Source: Candidatus Woesearchaeota archaeon
Lineage (GTDB): Archaea > Nanobdellota > Nanobdellia > Woesearchaeales > DSVV01
DNA: 60,605 nt
Assembly (NCBI GenBank): GCA_038884615.1
Contig: JAWABL010000006.1
Location: 1 to 60,605, forward strand
Reading direction: 5' to 3'
Shown here: piece by piece, positions 29,001-37,600 of the stretch
Numbering within the stretch: the first letter of the stretch is position 1
Layout of the letters: every line of letters begins with the position of its first letter
Translations under genes and position numbers: made by a program
The notes under the pieces: model-generated
Databases searched by the model: none
What the model was told of the DNA's origin: nothing
Seen by the model: only the letters and a program-made list of their open reading frames with translations

Positions 29001-29963
29001 TTAAGATTGAGGGGATTTCTCTCTCTTGTCATGCAGCCAGTATGGTCTTTTTATGGAGTTAAAAGTGTTAATTGCTGCAAGTATACCCTCGGCGCATGAA
29101 AGCGAAATCAGCTTTACCTCCCCAACAAGGTCGCCTGCCGCAAACACTCCAGGTATTGATGTCTCCATATTTGAGTTAACCTTTACCATTCCCTTGGCAT
29201 CCTTTTCTACCCCTGCTTTCTCTAAAATACCAAGAGTGGTAACAAATCCGATTGAAATAACTACATCTTCAGCCTTAAGCGCTACTTTATTTCTTTTATC
29301 TCCATCTTTTTTTATAAGGTAAGCCATTTTATCATCAAAGCCAACTAGTTCTGTGTTATACATAACTTTTGCACCTGCTTTTTGTGAAAGTGCAACAAGA
29401 TCTGCCTTTGCTTTTGGGACGCCTTCCCTTATAAGTACTGTGACTGATTTTGCAAACCTACACAAAAGATGTGCGCGCTCAAACGCCGTGTCTCCGCCTC
29501 CAACCACGATAACATTTTTGTTTGAAAACTTCGCTGGATGCTTGATGAAATAATGTACATGCTTACCTTTATAATCTGCAAGCGATTCAAGCTTTCTCGG
29601 TATATTATGAAGACCTGTCGCAAGAATAATTCGTTTTCCGTAATACTTACATTTTGGAGTTTTTACGAGTTTTGGTTCTCTTCTAAGATTTAGCTCTATA
29701 GCAGGCTCATTTAAATGAATCTCAGCACCACTCTGCCTAGTTTGTTCATATAGCCTCATGCTTAATGCCTTGCCACTTATCCCATGCGGAAAACCTGGAT
29801 GATCAAGAATAATCTTCTTTGGATACAACTGCATCGGTTGACCACCGGGCTTTGAATCGCCTTCAAGAACAAGCGTCTTTAATCCCCTGTAAGCTGCATT
29901 TGCCCCTGCAGTAAGCCCTGCAGGACCACCACCTATTACTATTATATCATAAATCTTTGACAT
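29001..29963 (-). CDS. TrxR-like FAD/NAD(P) oxidoreductase, probably ferredoxin-NADP+ reductase (YumC-like)
   Basis: GGGPAG, LYP.K.I.D.PGF, GGGDTA, GVFAAGD; the thioredoxin-reductase CxxC is absent (HVHYF instead). Confidence 0.8.
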   Translation of the reverse strand: MSKIYDIIVIGGGPAGLTAGANAAYRGLKTLVLEGDSKPGGQPMQLYPKKIILDHPGFPHGISGKALSMRLYEQTRQSGAEIHLNEPAIELNLRREPKLVKTPKCKYYGKRIILATGLHNIPRKLESLADYKGKHVHYFIKHPAKFSNKNVIVVGGGDTAFERAHLLCRFAKSVTVLIREGVPKAKADLVALSQKAGAKVMYNTELVGFDDKMAYLIKKDGDKRNKVALKAEDVVISIGFVTTLGILEKAGVEKDAKGMVKVNSNMETSIPGVFAAGDLVGEVKLISLSCAEGILAAINTFNSIKRPYWLHDKREKSPQS

Positions 29964-30161
29964 AAAATAAATTTAAAATAATGGATTTATAAATATTTTG
30001 CACATTTTCCAAAAAAAAGCTTCATGAATAAATAGTGGCTGCTATCGTAAGGCAAAAGGTGGTAAATGAGATGAAATTTTGAGATTAATAATAGATTAAT
30101 AAATAATAGACAGGTAATTTTGGAAATGATAATTTTTGGAGATATAAAACTGGTTTTAAAA

Positions 30162-31979
30162 CTAATAATTTATTAGAATCTCAACATCCTTTCCAAAAAT
30201 GTTTTTTAAATCTTCAAATATCTTCTGCTTTATGAAAGTTTTAGGAGGTATTTTTGCGTTTGCAATGGAGTTTTCAAGCTCCTCTGGAGAACTCTCAACA
30301 ATGTCTGCTAAACCACCCTCCTCTGTAATTCTAGCTTTTGTTATATCCTTATCTTCATTATCAAGGTCATGTATTATATAAGCAATATTGTCTAATAGTA
30401 TAATCTCGCCAAACCTTTCTCCGTGTTTCACCCGTATCCTCGCCCGCTCTAACTCCTTCCCTCTTTTTCGCTGCACATACTCTATCATAAACTTGATAAG
30501 CTCGTTACTTTCCTTCTTTATTTTTTCTATATCCGCTTTTGTCAGTTTGCCTGCTTCATAGTCCTCATTCGCCTTTATTATATTATGAACAATCCGATGA
30601 TATTTTTCAGGTACAAGACCTCTATGAATAATCTCCTTTTCAAATATGTCCAGAAGCATATTGTCGCTTGCTTTTTCTACGCCTTCAACTCTAAGCACAT
30701 CCCTAATTACAGTTAGGCATGAATCATACAAATGAAGTACGCTCTCCTTCTCTTTCACCGATTCAATCTCCTTGAAAAGGTTGTTTATGCGTTTTAAGAA
30801 CATGTCGGCGTTTTTAAGAAGATCGTCTATTTCGCTACCTGAAAGCTCCTTTTTTGTTCCATGCTCAATCTCTTTTCTTATCTGAATATTTTTTTCAAGT
30901 ATATCAACATAGTTTTCTTCTAGCAGCTTTTCCTTCTTAACAAAAATCTCCCGCATAAGCTTTGCAGTCTCCCTTGGTGCAGGAGGAGCAACACCATAAA
31001 GCATAAGCGCCGCCTGACTTGGTGTAAGTATTGCATAATAAATATCCTCCATCCCCATCTCATTAAGCTTGAACTGCACTCGCTTTAGCATCTGCTCACC
31101 TGAGCTCATAAAAAGCTCTATTGCCTCCTGGCTTGGTTTTATCTTACCAAGCTTTAGCATTTGCTTCCATGGCGTAAAAAGTCCTCTATCATAGAAAGGG
31201 ACACCATCTCGCAAAAGCGTGAAAATAATAGGATTTGCCTCACGCAACGAGTCCCAGAAATCAGTTAGTATGTAAACCTGTATGTTTAGCTTATTTCTTA
31301 TTCCGGTAATCTCGCCTGCTTCAATGCCCATCCCAATGATGATGGCTCTTAACTTGTCCTTTAGCTCTGCCCGAGTCATCTTCTTGACATCTGTATCATC
31401 AATTATAATCATAACATCAATGTCGCTTGTTTCTGTTGCTTCACCTCTTACAAGGCTTCCTGAAAGAACATAGCTGACAATGTACCTCTCAAACTTTTTA
31501 AGAACCATGGACTTATGTATCTCTGCTATTTTTATTGCTGCAAGAAGCCCTTTGTCGTATACAGGCGCAGAAATGGCTATCATCTGCAGAATCTCATACT
31601 TTGCATCAAAACAGCTCTGCCAAAGCTCTGTAAGTATAACCACCTGTGGCACAAGGTTCTTGTCAATTTCCTGAGCCATCTTCAATACTACGGAGTCTAT
31701 CTTGTCTTTCAGTTCCTGCCTATTAAGGTTCTGACTATCAGAATCGTCAATGAGCACTAGAACATTTATTTTGTTTAGGTCAACAGGATCTTCTGGTTTC
31801 TCAGGCTTCTGCGGCGGAAGGAGCGCAACGCCGATAAGGTATTTATCAAACTTTTTTAGTAGATTATCCTTAAGTTTTTCTAGCAAATCCTTTATCTGTC
31901 TAAGTTTCTCCCTTGCCTCAGGAGGCAGTTTCATCTCTTCAGGAGAGAACTCTTCTTCCTTCTCAGATTGGTTTTCCAT
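30162..31979 (-). CDS. Nucleotidyltransferase-domain protein with helical (HEPN-like) C-terminal region
   Basis: GSLVRGEATETSDIDVMIIIDD Pol-beta NTase motif; degenerate N-terminal copy (INVLVLIDD). Confidence 0.8.
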   Translation of the reverse strand: MENQSEKEEEFSPEEMKLPPEAREKLRQIKDLLEKLKDNLLKKFDKYLIGVALLPPQKPEKPEDPVDLNKINVLVLIDDSDSQNLNRQELKDKIDSVVLKMAQEIDKNLVPQVVILTELWQSCFDAKYEILQMIAISAPVYDKGLLAAIKIAEIHKSMVLKKFERYIVSYVLSGSLVRGEATETSDIDVMIIIDDTDVKKMTRAELKDKLRAIIIGMGIEAGEITGIRNKLNIQVYILTDFWDSLREANPIIFTLLRDGVPFYDRGLFTPWKQMLKLGKIKPSQEAIELFMSSGEQMLKRVQFKLNEMGMEDIYYAILTPSQAALMLYGVAPPAPRETAKLMREIFVKKEKLLEENYVDILEKNIQIRKEIEHGTKKELSGSEIDDLLKNADMFLKRINNLFKEIESVKEKESVLHLYDSCLTVIRDVLRVEGVEKASDNMLLDIFEKEIIHRGLVPEKYHRIVHNIIKANEDYEAGKLTKADIEKIKKESNELIKFMIEYVQRKRGKELERARIRVKHGERFGEIILLDNIAYIIHDLDNEDKDITKARITEEGGLADIVESSPEELENSIANAKIPPKTFIKQKIFEDLKNIFGKDVEILINY

Positions 31980-32397
31980 ACTAACTACCTTTAATAGGAG
32001 TTTTTTCTAATTTTTAATTGTTCTATAACTAGCTTCTTAGCCTGTTTTATAAATATTTTGGTTGTTATACATAAATATAATAGAAAATAATTAAAAATAA
32101 AAATAATAAAAAAAAGATTATTAGGGAATAAAACGAAAGATTTATAACCTAAGAGTAGCACAAGATAAGAAAATAAGTATAAGATATATTTTTAATAGAT
32201 TTAAGTAATTAGATTTTAGTGTATTAGATGTTTTTAGTATATTAAATATATATTATTATATATATAATTAGATATATATGAGAAATGATAATGATGCATA
32301 TTAAGAAGATATTAAAAATATATCAAAAAGATAAATAACAAAAAAGAGTCACAAAACTATTTTAAATTAGCTAGAATTTTAGAAGACAGTTTAGGTT

Positions 32398-33159
32398 TTG
32401 GAGGTGTTTAATGTGCCACAAAAGGTGCTTGAAGAATTATTGAATGAAATTCCTACAGATGTAAAAGAAGAGTTTGATAAACATCTTGAGTACCATAATC
32501 CTGAAACTCAGAAAAAATGGAAATATGAAGACTGGCAGGGATTCAAAGGAGGAACAGAAGTTCTTTTTGAAAATGTCTACCAGTCCAGCACAAAGTTTGT
32601 AATTGAAAACCAGCTGAACGGAAAAAAAGATTCAGCATCTATTAGAAGAATTCTTGAAAATCTTATTATAGAGGCCTTAAAAAGCTCTAGACTTCAAAGT
32701 GCAGTCAGCGCTGCTAAAGTTCTCGAGGCTGCAATAAAAGCAGGAGAGTTCAAAACAGACGAGGAAGTCATAGGACACCTCGCTATGGTATCGTCACAAT
32801 ACCTTGGAATTGATGAGAAGCTTGTTGCGCAGTTGAAAGCACAGTTAGAAACAGGCGACAAATATCTTGCCCTTGCTGGGATAAAGAATTTTACAAACTC
32901 CCTTAAAGATGCAGTCATAAACCAGTATATATCACAGCATAGAAGCAAGATTGAGGCTGGAAGGGAGCATCATCTCACCGCCTATGTTATAGAATATGGC
33001 TTAAGAGGAAAATACAATCTCACTCCGGAAAATCTTGGTAAGGAATTAAGCCAGCCACCGCATATAGTGCTTCAAAAGTATGCTCAGTTGGGACATAACA
33101 AGGACCAGTTTGAACAGGTTGCACAGAGCTTAAAATACAAAAAGTATGAGAAAAAATAA
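32398..33159 (+). CDS. Hypothetical protein
   Basis: 253-aa ORF; GGAGGTG SD suggests a GTG start at 32413. Confidence 0.7.
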   Translation: MEVFNVPQKVLEELLNEIPTDVKEEFDKHLEYHNPETQKKWKYEDWQGFKGGTEVLFENVYQSSTKFVIENQLNGKKDSASIRRILENLIIEALKSSRLQSAVSAAKVLEAAIKAGEFKTDEEVIGHLAMVSSQYLGIDEKLVAQLKAQLETGDKYLALAGIKNFTNSLKDAVINQYISQHRSKIEAGREHHLTAYVIEYGLRGKYNLTPENLGKELSQPPHIVLQKYAQLGHNKDQFEQVAQSLKYKKYEKK

Positions 33160-33240
33160 AAAAGAGAGCTAAGATAAGATCTTGCCGGATAAAATTTTTT
33201 AATTTACATACTTTTTATTCAAAAAAAAGTAAAATGATTT

Positions 33241-34374
33241 TTAGACTTGGTAGAAAAGCTCCTTCTCATCATCACAATTAGCCCCTCTACTTTTTATAAC
33301 GATATTTGGACTTTTTGTAATCTCACCGATAACCTTGCTTTCAATCCCATGTTCCTCTGCTATTTTTATTACATCATCAGGGCTAGGGGTTATTATAGTC
33401 ATTCCTTGTCCCATGTTCCATATTTTGTAGGCTTCAAAATCTGAGATATTTCCCTTTTCCTGGCAGTGTTTCATTAGCGAGCACGGCTCAAAAGGATTAT
33501 TTATATATGCACCAAGTCCGCTTGGTTTAAGCGTTCTTCCAAGTTTCTCTGGGATTCCACCGCCTGTAATGTGAGCAATGCCATGAATTGGCGCCTTTGG
33601 CTCTTTGTCAAGCCCCCCAAACATGTCAACAACAGCACTAGAATAAATCCTTGAAGGATGCAACGCCAAATCTCCTATCCGTTTACTATCGTAGATATAT
33701 TCCTGCCATTCTTTTCCATACGCAGACTCCATAACCCTCCTTAGAAGAGTGATTCCATTTGACCTAAAACCCTGCTCACCTAAACCAACAAGCAAGTTGC
33801 CTTCTCTTATTTTATAGCCAGTAAGCATTCTATCTTTTTTTGCGAACGAAACAACGCCAGCACCCCAATTATAATTAAACGGCCCATAACCACTAACCCT
33901 CGCCCCAATCTCTGCAACCTCGCCATTTATAATCGCAACATTTGCTTCCTTTGCCGCATTTATATAGCCTACAGCCAATTGCCTTACAAAATCAATAAAA
34001 GAATTATCTTGACCTCCTAAACTTCTTACATCAAGAATTGAGCCTATAATAACAGGTTCTGCTCCCCTCACAATTGCATCATCGCAAACCATTGCAAACA
34101 GATCATAGGCAACAGTATCATGTCTACTAGTTCTCTCACATATTTCTATCTTCGTCCCTACGCCATCAAGGTTTATGTTCATATATGTATCAACAGGAAG
34201 CCCACCTACATTAACTGCCCTTAAACCAGAAAAGTCTTCAAAAAATTCTACAACCTCACCTAATTTCCCTTTTCTATTGCTCCATGTTTGTTTGGCTGCG
34301 TTATAAAGAATTTTTGACGCATAACCACCTAATTCAATATCAACACCAGAACTCTTATAATCTAATGCTGGCAT
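33241..34374 (-). CDS. purM: Phosphoribosylformylglycinamidine cyclo-ligase (AIR synthetase)-like
   Basis: YKSSGVDI, DGVGTK, AMVCDD..GAEP, GEVAE, RSNG, AHITGGG, NMGQG. Confidence 0.85.
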   Translation of the reverse strand: MPALDYKSSGVDIELGGYASKILYNAAKQTWSNRKGKLGEVVEFFEDFSGLRAVNVGGLPVDTYMNINLDGVGTKIEICERTSRHDTVAYDLFAMVCDDAIVRGAEPVIIGSILDVRSLGGQDNSFIDFVRQLAVGYINAAKEANVAIINGEVAEIGARVSGYGPFNYNWGAGVVSFAKKDRMLTGYKIREGNLLVGLGEQGFRSNGITLLRRVMESAYGKEWQEYIYDSKRIGDLALHPSRIYSSAVVDMFGGLDKEPKAPIHGIAHITGGGIPEKLGRTLKPSGLGAYINNPFEPCSLMKHCQEKGNISDFEAYKIWNMGQGMTIITPSPDDVIKIAEEHGIESKVIGEITKSPNIVIKSRGANCDDEKELFYQV

Positions 34375-34611
34375 AGAAGCAAGGGTTTTTTAAAATTTTA
34401 TAAATATATCTATCATTGATTGTATAAGTCTTCTGTACAAGCTTAGATATCTGTTTTATATTTTCGTTAACCTAAACTACACCTTAGAATACAAATGCAT
34501 CTAAATAGTTTTATCTGTAAACTAAAAATGAAAGGTTATATGATAGAAAAAATTAACATAACATTTATTCTTTAGTCTTTATATCTATAGCTGTGTTTAT
34601 TTTATAGTCAC

Positions 34612-37600
34612 TTATCCGCTTCTTGTTGAAGGTATTTCGCTCTGATTATATTTTGCAATTGACACTGTAGTAATCCGCGGTGAAATAAATGGACCTATAC
34701 ACTCTCCTCCCCCAAGACACACCGAAACGTCCGCCTGCCTAAGAATGTAGTCTCCTGTAGCTTGATTGAACTTGAACCTTCGGATGACTTCTTTTGAAAC
34801 AAGCTCCTTTGTGTCCGTATAAGTTGGTTCCATATAGGTCGTGTCTCTTTTTTCACCGCCCGGAATTACTGCTTTTACGCTTATATCATAAATCGCATCA
34901 TTAGCATTGGAAGGCAGGCTTTGAGTATCCATGTAAAACTCAAAAAAAGGTGGTGTTCCTAGGGCTCCTTTGCTGCTTCTTTCCTCGCTAAACTCTGCGC
35001 ATTGACTTACACCCTCCCAGTTAAGTATCCCTGCATTTGGCTTATAAGTAAATCCACAACGATACCCTGATGCAGAGCCCTGCCCTGTTACTGCCACTTG
35101 TAGCATAACATTTGAAAGGCTTGATGGATACCAAACATTAAACCCTAGCGGAACTTTGTTGCCGTCATTATTGAAATACATTCCAATGGGCTCAATGAAC
35201 TCAACAACAGGCAGCGTGTTTGGATTGGGTGTTGCTCCTATTGAATATGTAAGCGTTATGGTTTGGGGAGTACCACGATCATAAAGAATGGGTGTGTCGC
35301 CCACACCATCCCCATTTGTATCCTGGAGAACATCAATTTTTACGCTTCGCGAGCCGATTGTGGTTATGCCTTGCGTCAGCAACGGAAACGGAATTTGGGC
35401 CATCTTCTCATTTTGAGATGGATATTCCTTATAAGTGATATACGTGAGCGGCGCGGGGGAATTAATCTGTGAACCTGAGATTGTAGGAGTGATGTCTGTC
35501 TTTACATCAATAAGCTCAAATTTTTTCAATGTTACAACAGAATTGCTTAATGCAATCTCGGTGTCCTGCGAATTTATCATGACTTGTCTGTCTTCACTCT
35601 TTCCACCTACATCAAAAGTTATTTTTAATGTTCCGCTTTTTGCATTTGCTATCCTAAGCTTAATTTTTCCATCTGCAATAACAAGGTTTGTGCTGACTGG
35701 TCTGTATTGTAGAACACCAGCCCCTTGGGTTGCAATAGTGTTTATCGTAGCAGGAACATCATCAATCCACAAATTGTAGAGCATTTCCCTACCATACCCA
35801 GCACCTTTTCCTGCGCCAGGGATTCTGTACTCTTTTGCAGTCCCATCTGGATAGTCAATCCTAATGTAAAAATCCTCCTGGTAGCGGTTTTCAATTTTTA
35901 TAAGAGCGTTAACAACATTACCTGGAAAGTAAACATCAACATTAGGAGACTTACTTGAGCCCTTCCCAATTGGATATAGCTGGACAATTCCGCTAGGGAG
36001 CATAAACTCCGGCTGCTGACACTCAATACCATTCATCGGCGAGAAATAACATCCAACTGCAATATCGCCTTTTTTCCAGATTGGCGCCTGAAGCAGCTTC
36101 TGTCTTCTTTTTCCCGCAAGGCTGTATGTAATCTCCATTACTACCTTGTTGTACCAGTATTTTGCATTTCTGTCTGTTATGCCTATATTCTCGTTTAGAG
36201 GGGGGTCATTTTTTCTAAAAGAGTTTCTTGGCAGAGTGACATCCAGTTTTGTAGGCGTCTGTCCGCAAAACTGTCCGTTTGGTGCGCTTCTATCACACTC
36301 AAGCCATACGCGTATCTGGTTTTCCCCGCCTGGAACAAGTCCGACATAAACATTATATCCGATATTCATCCTTCCTGTAAACGGATCAAAGCTGTAAGGC
36401 CTTGACTCTGCAAAAATAGCTGAGGTAGGTTCTATTTCAACAGCCTCGACAAACTCGTCAAGAAGTCCGTCTAAAAGCGACCAGTCGCCGGTTACGGAGA
36501 ACATGCAGGCTTTGTTCATCAACTGGTCTGAAGACAAACCCCATTTGTTTTTGACAATATCGCCATATCTGTTTGCGAGACTTTTGGAAATCTGCTCTTG
36601 GCTAGTCTTGTAATTCTTTACATTTCCCCTTATGGTGCTCGCGGCACCGCCCTCATCTAAACCATCTCCTGTTGAAATGGAGTTAAGTACTATTCTGAGG
36701 GCTTGAATAAGTAAATCACAGACGAATTGAGCAAGCAAAAGCTTGCAGAAACCGCCTCTGACCTCGCCAATCATTGCCTGTTCAAGGCATTTTTTTGCAC
36801 CGACCATTATTTTTAGGTAATTGTTTATGTGCCCCATCATACCAGGAAGGCATTGGCACCTGATTGAACCATAGAGGTCCTGAGTAGGAATGATGTCACT
36901 ACCAGGCTCTGGCAGAGGACATTTTGTGTTGTCATACTTAGGGCAGTCAGCACTATAGCATCCTTTAAGCTTCTGAACATTCGGAGGACCAAGCTGGTCA
37001 GGAGGAACAGGCACACACTCCCATTCGGTGCTTGGCTGAGGCACTGCCTGACCGATTGAGAACATATTAAGCTGTCTGTCAGTTGAATCAGCCAGTGTGC
37101 TTTTAACGACAAGCGTGCCTCCTTTACATTTTGCAGCTGCGCTCTTCAAGTCAACAATCATCCTTGATGACCATCGCTTGTCTGGGGTATTATCCATAAG
37201 AATCAATGGACCAACCGCATTTTGTTCAAACCATTTTTCATCTCCACCCTTGTAATAATCTACCCTTATATATTCACTTTTGTCACCTGATTTTATAGTG
37301 GTGTGGTAGCTAGTTGAACCGCCAGAAATGCTTTGATATCCTCCGCCTAAAGCATCTACCCTGTCGTTGTATTTAGGATCCTTAAGAAAATCCTGAAATG
37401 TGCCCCTGTAACCTGCATCCTTCTCCTTTAGGTATTCTGCAACCCATCTCTGGTTTATCTCTGCGGCTTTGTTGAACTCTTCCTCTGTTACAGTTTTTCC
37501 TTCAACTTTCATGTCTTTTGATGTGGTAATTGGCTGAAAATTGTTGCAAACTGGTGGCACCGCAGGACAAAGAATTCTGTCGCATACATAATAAACCTTC

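Noticed and set aside
29001-29963. Thioredoxin reductase trxB
   Set aside because: The redox-active CxxC is absent.
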